A program made the translations under genes and the position numbers. A stretch of 48,176 bases of DNA from a virus (Duplodnaviria; Caudoviricetes), in IMG/VR virus record IMGVR_UViG_3300037483_000119, positions 1 to 48,176 of that record, one strand, 5' to 3'. How positions within the stretch are numbered: the first letter of the stretch is position 1; every line of letters starts with the position of its first letter. Shown in pieces: positions 27,149 through 36,093 of this stretch. The notes below the pieces were generated by a model. That model saw only the letters and a program-made list of their open reading frames with translations, was not told the DNA's origin and did not search any database.

Positions 27149-28368
27149 TGGCATACGATCCATACTGGGGGAATCAGAACCCCGAAGGAACAAAGACTCT
27201 TCAGCAGATCCAGGAAGAGCGAAAGACACCTCAACCCGATCCGGGAAACTTCCGACTCCCATCCTCTTTCGTAGGCGTTACCTCTCCGCCACCTACAGCA
27301 CCACCAGGAGAACAACCGGCCAACGCCAATGATCCAACCAATCCAGTGGGAATCGACGGCATCCCCTATGGCCTCAATCCGAATCCTCAAGCCGCTCAGC
27401 TCGAATCGGCAGCAGGTCAGGCACTTCCCGGATTGGGTTCTGTCACTCCCTCGGGAGTGCCGCAGTCAACGATGGTGCCCGGATTGGGTGGTCCAGCGAA
27501 GACTCTTCCTGTCGATCTTCCGCCGAACTTGGCCATTCAGTTCAAGGACAATGCGGCTGCGCAGGGCGCTCTCATTGGGAGCCCCTATCAGGATCTCGGA
27601 AAACTCAAGGTCTGGTCTGGTGGCAAGGCCATCAAGGACATTCCCTATGGTGGTTCGCTTGCCAGCGACAAGGCCGCAGCAGCGGGAACCAATCAATATG
27701 GCGGGATCGCAACAGAGACAGATGCCACCAGTGGCAATGTCAATCCCATTGGTGACTCCGTCACCGGTGCCCAGTACATGGATAAGTGGTTCAACATGTC
27801 TCAGAAGGAACGAGACAAGTTGATGCAGAAGTTCGTCAAGGCTGGAATCCTCACGCCCGAGCAGGCGACCTCTAACGCATTGGGCAATGACTCTGATTCG
27901 TTTGGTCAGAGGGTATGGGCGAGTCTCATCCAGAACGCCGCATTGCAGTGGTCCACGAGTGGCACGCGCATCACTCCTGAGGGAGTGCTAGACAATGCAC
28001 TGGCTAAGGGAACGTCTGCGGTGCAGACCCATAAGACCGACGTCGCCAAAGCATTCAACATCTCTGATGGGATGACCGCTAATAAGGCTCTCTCTGGGAT
28101 GCTCACTGAGAGGCTTGGTCGTCTGCCCACCAAGGCAGAGAAGGCCGCTTTCCTCTCGGCATTGAATGCCTATGAGCGATCCAATCCAACCGTGCGCACT
28201 ACCACAACGAACGTCATCACTGGTGATTCGACGTCAACCACTAAGGGCGGTGCGGATTCGGCTGGATTCACTGACGAATACGCCAGGGAACACAACAAGA
28301 AGGAGTACGGAGCTGTTCAAGGAGCAACGACGTACTACAAGGCATTCATGGATCTTATCGGTGCCTAA
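27148..28368 (+). CDS. Putative internal virion protein, Pro-rich N-terminus
   Basis: TAATG coupling; operon context. Confidence 0.7.
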   Translation: MAYDPYWGNQNPEGTKTLQQIQEERKTPQPDPGNFRLPSSFVGVTSPPPTAPPGEQPANANDPTNPVGIDGIPYGLNPNPQAAQLESAAGQALPGLGSVTPSGVPQSTMVPGLGGPAKTLPVDLPPNLAIQFKDNAAAQGALIGSPYQDLGKLKVWSGGKAIKDIPYGGSLASDKAAAAGTNQYGGIATETDATSGNVNPIGDSVTGAQYMDKWFNMSQKERDKLMQKFVKAGILTPEQATSNALGNDSDSFGQRVWASLIQNAALQWSTSGTRITPEGVLDNALAKGTSAVQTHKTDVAKAFNISDGMTANKALSGMLTERLGRLPTKAEKAAFLSALNAYERSNPTVRTTTTNVITGDSTSTTKGGADSAGFTDEYAREHNKKEYGAVQGATTYYKAFMDLIGA

Positions 28369-29431
28369 TTGGGACGACGAGCAGATGTCTAATGCTCGGA
28401 TGATCCTGGCTGTTGGTCGAGAGATGAAGATGTCCGGCAATGAGATCCTGTCTGGCCTCATGGCCGCAATGCAGGAATCCTCTCTGAGGAATCTCAACTA
28501 TGGGGACCGTGATTCGATTGGCCTCTTTCAGCAGAGGCCATCACAGGGTTGGGGAACCTATACCCAGATCATGGATCCTCTCTATGCGACTAGGAAGTAT
28601 TTCACCACCCTCAGAGGGGTGAAGACACGCAAGGGGATGTCTCCGACCGTGATGGCTCAAGCTGTCCAACGGAGTGGATTCCCGGATGCGTATGCCAAGT
28701 GGCAGAAGGATGCACAGGAGTTCATCGGTACTTCCAAGCAGGTTCCCGAACTTCCATTCCCATTGAGCACTCCCAATGTCCCGATTGAGGATCGCTACAC
28801 CGGGCCGGTTGACCTGATCGGAGATTCACAGGCTGCCCCTGGAGGGCTCTCAGATGGCTCAGGAGACTTTCCCGGAGCTGCTCCGGCAGTAGACCTCATT
28901 GGAAACGCTGGTGTCCCTGGGGACACCTCACAGGCTCCTGTAATGGCCGACAGTGGATTCGCTGCCTTGGAAAAGCTCTTCGCCAGTCGTGGCCCTTCGA
29001 AGTTCGAAGGAGAGGGCGAAACCACTGGATTGCGTTCATCGATCATCAGTGGATTGAAGACCGCAATCGGAACACCATACGTATGGGGTGGCGAGAGCCC
29101 TGGTGGATTCGATTGCTCTGGACTCATTCAGTACTTCTACTCACGAGCAGGAGTGAAGGGAGTTCCTCGCACCACTTACCAGATGTTCACTTCTGGAATG
29201 GGAACCGCTGTCAATGGAGTGAAGGGCCTCACCCCTGGTGATTGGGTATTCGGCAGTCCCGAGAGGGCCGCCAATGGTCAAGTGCAATATGGGCACGTCG
29301 CCATCTGGCTCGGGAATGGAATGATCCTTGAGGCACCTAGGACAGGACTCAATGTCAGGATTAGGAAGCTGAGTGACCAAGAGATGAGAGACAAGGTCGG
29401 ATATCACTTGAGGCTTGGGGGTGACAAGTAA
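28361..29431 (+). CDS. Virion-associated peptidoglycan hydrolase: lysozyme-like domain plus NlpC/P60 peptidase
   Basis: AMQESSLRNL...GLFQQRPSQGWG; GTPYVWGG...FDCSGL...GHVAIW. Confidence 0.88.
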   Translation: MPNWDDEQMSNARMILAVGREMKMSGNEILSGLMAAMQESSLRNLNYGDRDSIGLFQQRPSQGWGTYTQIMDPLYATRKYFTTLRGVKTRKGMSPTVMAQAVQRSGFPDAYAKWQKDAQEFIGTSKQVPELPFPLSTPNVPIEDRYTGPVDLIGDSQAAPGGLSDGSGDFPGAAPAVDLIGNAGVPGDTSQAPVMADSGFAALEKLFASRGPSKFEGEGETTGLRSSIISGLKTAIGTPYVWGGESPGGFDCSGLIQYFYSRAGVKGVPRTTYQMFTSGMGTAVNGVKGLTPGDWVFGSPERAANGQVQYGHVAIWLGNGMILEAPRTGLNVRIRKLSDQEMRDKVGYHLRLGGDK

Positions 29432-30375
29432 TGGCAGTCGTTGACAAGGACAAAGACAAGCAACTCACTGACGCAGCGGACGACGTAGTAAAGAAGAAGA
29501 AGAAGAAGCACACCAAGGAACAAGAGGACCAAGCGGCAACCGACTTCGGTTGGTCAGTGTCGTTCTTCAAGTCAATCCCCGAACTGTGGAAGAAGTTCTC
29601 TCAGGCAATCGATGAGGGATGGACTGCTCAGCGCTTTCAGGCTGAGATCCAAAACACCAAGTGGTATCGCAATAACAGTGACTCGGTGAAGAGGACCGTT
29701 GCTCTCCAGAAGACCAAGCCTGGCGAGTACAAGGCATTGCTCTCACAGACACTCGCAACCGTTAAGGATGCTGCCGGTCGAATGGGTGCTGTCATGTCTG
29801 ACAAGCAACTCAAGGCCGTTGCCACTCACTACTTGTGGGGTGGTTGGAATGAATCCCAGCTACGTGACTCACTCGCCAACTACATCGCTCAGGTTGGAAA
29901 GACCGGCTATGACGGAGAAGCCGGAGCAGCAGAGGATGACCTACGCGAATACGCATACAAGATGGGCACTCGCGTAGGAGACAAACAACTCAAGTCATGG
30001 CTTGGAAACATTCTCAGAGGCAATCGTACGGTCGATGCATACAAGAACTGGATTCAGGGCGAATCCCTGAAGATGTTCCCTCAGATGGCCGACCAGATCA
30101 AGGGCGGTCAGACCGTCTATGACCTTGCCTCTCCTTACGTTCAGTCGATGTCTTCCATCCTTGAACTCTCTCCGGCAAGCATTGACCTCTTTGACCCGAC
30201 CATTCGTAGGGCGATGTCCTCCCAGGATCCGAATGCCCCTGGATCGATGATGCCTCTCTACCAGTACGAGACAATGCTTCGCAACGATCCCCGGTGGATG
30301 AAGACGAACAACGCTCGTACTCAGATCAATCAGATTGGGCTTAATGTTCTCAAAGACTTCGGGTTTCAAGCCTAA
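29431..30375 (+). CDS. Putative internal virion protein
   Basis: TAATG coupling; ends LRNDPRW...LKDFGF. Confidence 0.7.
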   Translation: MAVVDKDKDKQLTDAADDVVKKKKKKHTKEQEDQAATDFGWSVSFFKSIPELWKKFSQAIDEGWTAQRFQAEIQNTKWYRNNSDSVKRTVALQKTKPGEYKALLSQTLATVKDAAGRMGAVMSDKQLKAVATHYLWGGWNESQLRDSLANYIAQVGKTGYDGEAGAAEDDLREYAYKMGTRVGDKQLKSWLGNILRGNRTVDAYKNWIQGESLKMFPQMADQIKGGQTVYDLASPYVQSMSSILELSPASIDLFDPTIRRAMSSQDPNAPGSMMPLYQYETMLRNDPRWMKTNNARTQINQIGLNVLKDFGFQA

Positions 30376-31565
30376 TGGGTAGGGTTCCCGAGTCTGGTGG
30401 GGCGAATACCAATGCCTACGGCGACAAGCTTGATCCCAAGCAAGTAGCGGCATTGAATCGCTGGTACAAGTCGGTAGTCGATAAAGAGAACAAGCTATTC
30501 GCTCAGAAGAAGAAGACCGTCAACTACCGGCAGTTGCTCACACTCACTGCGATGCATCAGGCAACCCTTGCATCGTTCGCCAAGCAACTCGCTTCTAATC
30601 GTTCCTCTCCCCGAACGCTCAATGCCTGGTATCAGAAGAATGCCGGTGCCTATGGCCCTCCTGTTGATCCAACGAAACCAGCTGCACAGCAAGCGGACGG
30701 CGATGACGACGACGATGCAGCAGAAGCCGCAGCGCAGGATGCACTCAATCGGAATGCTGCCGACTACCTCAAGAAGCTCTTTGCCCAATACGGATTGACC
30801 GGATTGGATGACGAGATCCTCAAGCTAGTCAAGGGTGGGATCACCGATCCCGCATCAGTGACATTGATGCTCTCCGATACCGAGCAATACAAGAAGCGCT
30901 TTGCGGCCAATGAGGCACGCAAGGCAAAGGGTTGGAAGGTCTACTCTCCTGCGGAGTACCTAGACCTTGAAGAGCAGTTCAGAAAGATCATGGTCTTCAA
31001 TGGTCTACCCACTGGATTCTATGATCAGAACTCTGATTTTGAGCAGTGGATCGCAGGAGATATTTCCCCTGATGAGATCAACGATCGCATTGGCATCGCA
31101 AACGATGCGGTATTGAGGAAGGATCCCCAATACCTAGACGCACTTCAGAAGATGGGTCTCAATACCGGTGACATGGTCGCCGCCGCTCTTGACCTCAAGA
31201 GGGCTTTCCCAATCTTGAAGAAGATGACAATGTCCGCACAGATCGGAGCGGAGGCAAACCGCTTCGGAGTTGAATGGTCTGTCGATCGAGCGAACTACCT
31301 TCAGGGTATTGGAGTCACCCAAGACGATGCACGTCAAGGATACGGCATTGTTGCCGGATCGCTTGGAACAGCAAAGGAATTGGGTCAACGGTATGGAGAG
31401 CAGTACACGCAGACCGATCTAGAGCAAGACTTCCTAGTGGAGAAGGGTCAAGGACCCGCATCAGCAAAGCGGAGACGACTCGCAGGAAGAGAACAGAGCA
31501 CATTCACCGGATCCACTGGAGTCACCAAACAATCGTTCGCCAATAAGAACCGTGGCGAATACTGA
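30375..31565 (+). CDS. Putative internal virion protein
   Basis: TAATG coupling; YKKRFAANEARK...SPAEYLDLE motif. Confidence 0.7.
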   Translation: MGRVPESGGANTNAYGDKLDPKQVAALNRWYKSVVDKENKLFAQKKKTVNYRQLLTLTAMHQATLASFAKQLASNRSSPRTLNAWYQKNAGAYGPPVDPTKPAAQQADGDDDDDAAEAAAQDALNRNAADYLKKLFAQYGLTGLDDEILKLVKGGITDPASVTLMLSDTEQYKKRFAANEARKAKGWKVYSPAEYLDLEEQFRKIMVFNGLPTGFYDQNSDFEQWIAGDISPDEINDRIGIANDAVLRKDPQYLDALQKMGLNTGDMVAAALDLKRAFPILKKMTMSAQIGAEANRFGVEWSVDRANYLQGIGVTQDDARQGYGIVAGSLGTAKELGQRYGEQYTQTDLEQDFLVEKGQGPASAKRRRLAGREQSTFTGSTGVTKQSFANKNRGEY

Positions 31566-31735
31566 GACGCACCCCCTGTGCGAGGGGAAGAACACGAACC
31601 GGACTACGTGCGATGAAGGCCGGTTACTGCACTCTCTGAAGTGGTCGCACACATCGCTTCGCAGATTTCAACCTATGGCTAGGGAGAGTGGCCATAGCGC
31701 TCTTGAGGGAACCACTTCAAAAGGTTCTCTCCATC

Positions 31736-31810
31736 GTGAGGGTAAGCCAAATGGAAGAGCTATCGCTATTTAATGCGACGGTCATGAGGGTTCGATTCCC
31801 TCTCCTTGCG
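31736..31810 (+). tRNA. Degenerate tRNA-like element (possibly derived from tRNA-Lys TTT)
   Basis: Acceptor gtgaggg/tccttgc, D-loop with GG, perfect T-arm gaggg-ttcgatt-ccctc; non-canonical anticodon arm tcgc-tatttaat-gcga; no encoded CCA. Confidence 0.5.
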
Positions 31811-31930
31811 CTCCTGAATCAGACAGACCGGCCCATGATTCAGCGTATCTAAGTCCGGTAGTAGAAGCCTTCAAAGGATCCCCGATCTTTGAAGTGGTCT
31901 ACGTCCATCCAATAGATAAAGGGAGAATGC

Positions 31931-32425
31931 ATGTCCAACCAGTGGGATGACACTGATGATGAGTTCGAGTATGACGACCAGACCGGGAATGATCCCGGCA
32001 ATCTCGTCAAGACGCTCCGCAAGCAGTTGAAGACAGAGGCAGCAGAGAAGAAGGCTCTCAATGAGCAGCTTTCCAAGCTGTCCAGTCAGGTGCGTGAATC
32101 AACCATCGGAAGCATTGTGAAGTCCCGTGGTCTACCGGACAAGGTTGCCCGCATCATCCCGAAGGACATCGATCCTTCGGAGGAAGAGGTAACGAAGTGG
32201 CTTGATGAATACGGTGACGTATTCGGAATGCCTAAGGAAGAGTCGAATGCAGAAAAGACTGCTGAGCTTACCGATAATCAGGCTGCAATGCAGCAGATGA
32301 ATCGTGTAGCCAGCACAGGCACCGCGCCAGGCGGAAACGCACAAGAGACTCTTGCGGCATTGAATAGCCCTGAACTCACTGAAGACCAGCTCATCAAGAT
32401 GATTGAGAAGGGTGGAGTCTTCTAA
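31931..32425 (+). CDS. Capsid scaffolding protein
   Basis: Acidic N-terminus, coiled coil, directly upstream of capsid gene. Confidence 0.8.
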   Translation: MSNQWDDTDDEFEYDDQTGNDPGNLVKTLRKQLKTEAAEKKALNEQLSKLSSQVRESTIGSIVKSRGLPDKVARIIPKDIDPSEEEVTKWLDEYGDVFGMPKEESNAEKTAELTDNQAAMQQMNRVASTGTAPGGNAQETLAALNSPELTEDQLIKMIEKGGVF

Positions 32426-32453
32426 ACGTTGAATCAATCCCTAAGGATGGAAT

Positions 32454-33419
32454 ATGGCATTTACCGATACTAGTGGTGGTTCACTCGGAACCTCGCTAGT
32501 CCGTACAGCGTACGATCGATTCGTCGCTTTCAAGCTCCGTGCAATGCCACTGGTGAGAGATCTCAGTGACACTCGTCCAGTGGAACAGCCCCATCCGGGC
32601 GCTTCCATTGTGTTCCAGCTCTACAATGACCTCACTGCGGTAACCACTCCGCTCACTGAGACGACTGACCCTGATGCGGTTGCAGTGCCTAGCACTACTT
32701 CGGTCACTGTCACTCTCCAGGAATACGGCAACCCTGTGCTTGTCACTCGGAAGCTTGAGCTTGTGGCACTCTCTGATGTCGATGCCGGGATCGTCGATCT
32801 TGTTGCATGGAACATGAGGGATTCCATTGATGCCACTGTCATGCCGACCGTGGTTGGTGGAACGAACGTCGCATACGTCAACTCTGCTGCGATCACGTCT
32901 AACCTCCGTGATCCTGCCAGCGGTTCGCGTGTCACTGTCGCATCTACGGACTCGTTCCGTTCCGCATTGGCGCGATTCGCTGTGGCGAAGCTTCGCACCA
33001 ATAAGGCCATTCCCCGGCAGGGTGAGCACTATGGGATCTTTTTGCATCCCGACTGCTCGCATGACCTGAGGGCTGAGACTGGCGCGGCCAACTGGCGAGA
33101 CCCCCACAACTACAGTGGTGCGGAATCGATCTGGAATGCCGACATTGGTGTGTACGAGGGCGCTTACTATGTTGAGTCTCCTCGCATGCCCATTCTCGCC
33201 GGTGCTGGTGTTGGTGGCACGGTGAACGTCTACCAGTCCATTGCATTCGGCAAGCAGTTCCTTGCGGAAGCGGTCGGAGAAGAGCCGATGCTGATTCTGG
33301 GCAACATCACTGACAAGCTGATGCGCTTCCGGCCGATTGGCTGGAGGACTCTCATTGGTTGGTCCCGTTACCGGGAAGAGGCCCTCATTCGCCTTGAGTG
33401 CGCGTCGTCCATCCAGTAA
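32454..33419 (+). CDS. Major capsid protein (N4-gp56-like HK97 fold)
   Basis: VTVTLQEYGN, IFLHPD..HDLR, IGVYEG..YVES, DKLMRFRPIGW motifs; followed by terminator. Confidence 0.9.
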   Translation: MAFTDTSGGSLGTSLVRTAYDRFVAFKLRAMPLVRDLSDTRPVEQPHPGASIVFQLYNDLTAVTTPLTETTDPDAVAVPSTTSVTVTLQEYGNPVLVTRKLELVALSDVDAGIVDLVAWNMRDSIDATVMPTVVGGTNVAYVNSAAITSNLRDPASGSRVTVASTDSFRSALARFAVAKLRTNKAIPRQGEHYGIFLHPDCSHDLRAETGAANWRDPHNYSGAESIWNADIGVYEGAYYVESPRMPILAGAGVGGTVNVYQSIAFGKQFLAEAVGEEPMLILGNITDKLMRFRPIGWRTLIGWSRYREEALIRLECASSIQ

Positions 33420-33429
33420 GGACGATTGA

Positions 33430-33463
33430 AGAGAGGGGATGCTGCGATGCATCCCCTCTTTCT
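33430..33463 (+). terminator. Terminator after capsid gene
   Basis: agaggggatgc-tgcgat-gcatcccctct followed by ttctatt. Confidence 0.75.
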
Positions 33464-33474
33464 ATTGGAGGACC

Positions 33475-33804
33475 ATGTCAAGCGTACTGATATTGCCAAC
33501 GGTTGATGAGACACCAGTCGATCTCTATGACTGGTTCCTTAGTCGAGTGTCTCTCGCTCGTGGCATCACGATCATTCAACGAGCCAATCTCACGTTCTAT
33601 GAGACTCGGTTCCCAGCTCAAACGGAGCTGGAGGAAGCTAACAACTATTGGCTTGGTGGGCATGAATACCCATTGACCGATGCAGAGGTAACCGCATTGA
33701 CCGATGCGGGCTATGGCGCATACATCAGCGATTACATTCCCCCTGGTGGTTATGGATGGGAAGAGTATGGCGGAGGCGATTATGGATACGGAGGAGATGT
33801 CTGA
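33475..33804 (+). CDS. Virion structural protein (YWLGGHEY...ALTDAGYG)
   Basis: SD ggagg; typical post-capsid gene. Confidence 0.75.
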   Translation: MSSVLILPTVDETPVDLYDWFLSRVSLARGITIIQRANLTFYETRFPAQTELEEANNYWLGGHEYPLTDAEVTALTDAGYGAYISDYIPPGGYGWEEYGGGDYGYGGDV

Positions 33805-35058
33805 GTGCCAGCACCTACGATAGGTCAAACCGGTTGGGGGGCATTGCTCAATGTATTCCTCGCGGAGATCCAGGCAACGGCAGCAGCCGATGCCGCTCTC
33901 AAGCTGGCCATTGCCAGCAACCTGTCAGACCTTGCCAGCGCCAGCACGGCCAGAACGAATCTGGGACTAGGTAACTCTGCCACCAGGGCAGTAGGTACCA
34001 CTGCGGGTACGGTGGCCGCAGGAGACGACTCAAGGCTCTCTGACACACGTACACCAACCGACAACAGTGTCACTTCGGCGAAGATCGTCAATGGTGCGAT
34101 CCTCAATGAGGATATCAATGCGTCTGCTGGCATCGTTCTCTCAAAGCTCGCTGTCGATCCATTGGCGAGAGCGAACCATACAGGCACTCAACTCGCAGCC
34201 ACTGTCAGTGATTTCAATACGGCAGTGGCAACCACGGCAGCATTGAAGGCGAACAACCTTTCCGATTTGGCCAACGCAGGCACAGCCAGGACGAACCTTT
34301 CTCTCGGCGGTGCCGCTCTTCTTGCGGTTGGCACTGGTTCCGGTGATGTCGCCGCTGGTGACAGACCGGCGATTGTTCAGGGTCTCGTCACTGCTACTGA
34401 ATGGACAGCATCAACGGCCTATGCCGTTGGCCAGTTCATCACTCATTACGGTGTCACTTATCGAGTGACCGCAGGATTCACTAGTGGTGGCTCCTTCGCA
34501 TTGACGAATCTCACGTGCGTCGGCTCTAGCATCACCGGTTCGCCTATCGTCGCCGGTAACTACATGTGGCCTGGTGTCAACTCGGGATCGAACACAAGTA
34601 GCACATTGGGTGTTGGGACAATGAGGGCACACCTTTGGTATCTCCCCCATCCGGTTACTCTCACGAGAATCGGTGCCGAGGTCTCTACTGTTGGAGAGGC
34701 TGGCAGCAAGGTCCGTCTAGGCATCTATAGCGACAATGGGGAGTTCTCTCCTGATGCTCTCATTGTTGACGCTGGTGTCATCGCTGGTGATTCGGCAACG
34801 GTCCAAGAGTTGACCATCAACCAGGCTTTGAATCCTGGCCACTATTGGCTTACCGGCACTGTTCAAGTGGTCACGACCACTCAGCCAACGCTACGCACTG
34901 GAAACGTTGGTCAGGTCCCGATCGTCAGCAGCACCATTCCCGGTGCCGCTCAAGGCAATGCGGGACTAGCGATTACCGGAGTCACTGGCGCATTGCCTGG
35001 CACTTTCGGCACTCCAACCCAATCCGGAACACCCCCAAAGATTTTCGTCAAGGGATAG
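33805..35058 (+). CDS. Tail/head fibre protein
   Basis: Two NLSDLA..TARTNL.LG fibre repeats; carbohydrate-binding-like WTASTAYAVGQFITHYGVTY. Confidence 0.75.
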   Translation: MPAPTIGQTGWGALLNVFLAEIQATAAADAALKLAIASNLSDLASASTARTNLGLGNSATRAVGTTAGTVAAGDDSRLSDTRTPTDNSVTSAKIVNGAILNEDINASAGIVLSKLAVDPLARANHTGTQLAATVSDFNTAVATTAALKANNLSDLANAGTARTNLSLGGAALLAVGTGSGDVAAGDRPAIVQGLVTATEWTASTAYAVGQFITHYGVTYRVTAGFTSGGSFALTNLTCVGSSITGSPIVAGNYMWPGVNSGSNTSSTLGVGTMRAHLWYLPHPVTLTRIGAEVSTVGEAGSKVRLGIYSDNGEFSPDALIVDAGVIAGDSATVQELTINQALNPGHYWLTGTVQVVTTTQPTLRTGNVGQVPIVSSTIPGAAQGNAGLAITGVTGALPGTFGTPTQSGTPPKIFVKG

Positions 35059-35065
35059 GAAGAAC

Positions 35066-35137
35066 ATGGCGACAAGCACTAAGAAGAAGCCTCCGAAGAA
35101 GAAGACATATTCATTCCCACCGAAGAAGGGCAAGTAA
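35066..35137 (+). CDS. 23-aa Lys-rich microprotein MATSTKKKPPKKKTYSFPPKKGK
   Basis: SD agga; fills the gap to the next GTG exactly. Confidence 0.55.
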   Translation: MATSTKKKPPKKKTYSFPPKKGK

Positions 35138-35620
35138 GTGGCAGCACCTACAACGACCGCGACAAGGGTCGCATTCAATACCGGAGCGCCGGACTTCACT
35201 GCCGGTGCGGGCATCCTTTTCGATGATGGAATGCTTCTCTATCGTCTCACTAAGAACAGTATCGTCCAGGGCGAGGTAGCCGGGGCCGTTGCTGACATCA
35301 CCTATCGATTCGGTCGGAACACCGACTATGAGATGAACTATCTCGATGACGCTCCGACTCTCACATCGATCACTCCGGCAACTGATGTCGCCGCTGGTGG
35401 CGCTGCATTCACCCTCGTTGGAGTGAACCTTGCTGGTGATGGTTCCACTGCAACCACCGTGGCCATTGGCGGCAACGCCGCTACTTCGCTAGTGATTGCC
35501 GATTCCGGCCTATCCATTACTGGTGTGGTCCCTGCCCATGCCGCAGGCACGGTCAACGTCGTAGTGGTGACCACTGGTGGAACTTCCACGATGACCAATG
35601 GATTTGTCTACACCGCGTAA
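35138..35620 (+). CDS. IPT/TIG (Ig-like) domain virion protein
   Basis: APTLTSITP...GG..FTLVG.NL...VPAHAAGTVNVVV..GGTS...FVY. Confidence 0.8.
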   Translation: MAAPTTTATRVAFNTGAPDFTAGAGILFDDGMLLYRLTKNSIVQGEVAGAVADITYRFGRNTDYEMNYLDDAPTLTSITPATDVAAGGAAFTLVGVNLAGDGSTATTVAIGGNAATSLVIADSGLSITGVVPAHAAGTVNVVVVTTGGTSTMTNGFVYTA

Positions 35621-35888
35621 CTCTGGCCACGTTTGCCATTGCCCTGAAGGTAATCACCCTACCTTCGGGGCGTGCATGCGGTCCAAGAATCTACGAGTCG
35701 CCTATTGCCGTTCCTCTATTGGTCAGGACTTCTCTGCTCAGAAGAAATGGGATAGCGACCTGAATCTCTATCGGGATGCACGACGTCAAGGCGTTCAACC
35801 CGACTCTACTCGTGAGTTCCAAGTGCGAGGAGCAATGGAACACTCAGAAAGGACGGGAGTCGCCTATGGACGTACAGGGCGAACTTAA
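35598..35888 (+). CDS. Conserved-looking small structural-region protein (CHC..NH..FGACMR...WDSDL..YRDARRQGVQP)
   Basis: Motif typical of actinophage structural regions. Confidence 0.7.
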   Translation: MDLSTPRNSGHVCHCPEGNHPTFGACMRSKNLRVAYCRSSIGQDFSAQKKWDSDLNLYRDARRQGVQPDSTREFQVRGAMEHSERTGVAYGRTGRT

Positions 35889-36093
35889 CCGGCTTGCGCA
35901 TACCGATGGGCTCGGTGAGTCTATGGCCGCATGCATCTGGGCTGGCATCGCCGTTGGGACACAGCTTCAAGGTGCTCTCAATGTGATTGCCGGAACGACT
36001 GGCCTTGCATCGCAGGGCGCTGCGAATGTGATTGCCGGAACCAATGGGCTCGGACTCGATGCCGCGCTCGGAGAGATTCCGACTCCTCCGTGA
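35866..36093 (+). CDS. Small Gly/Ala-rich virion protein with internal NVIAGT repeats
   Basis: SD gggag; repeat GALNVIAGTTGL/GAANVIAGTNGL. Confidence 0.7.
   Translation: MDVQGELNRLAHTDGLGESMAACIWAGIAVGTQLQGALNVIAGTTGLASQGAANVIAGTNGLGLDAALGEIPTPP

Noticed and set aside
29491-29508. (AAG)n run as a phase-variable microsatellite
   Set aside because: In-frame Lys tract in a charged N-terminus; a triplet repeat would not switch frame.
32496-33452. 318-aa antisense ORF over the capsid gene
   Set aside because: Shadow frame expected from GC-biased codon usage; no motifs.
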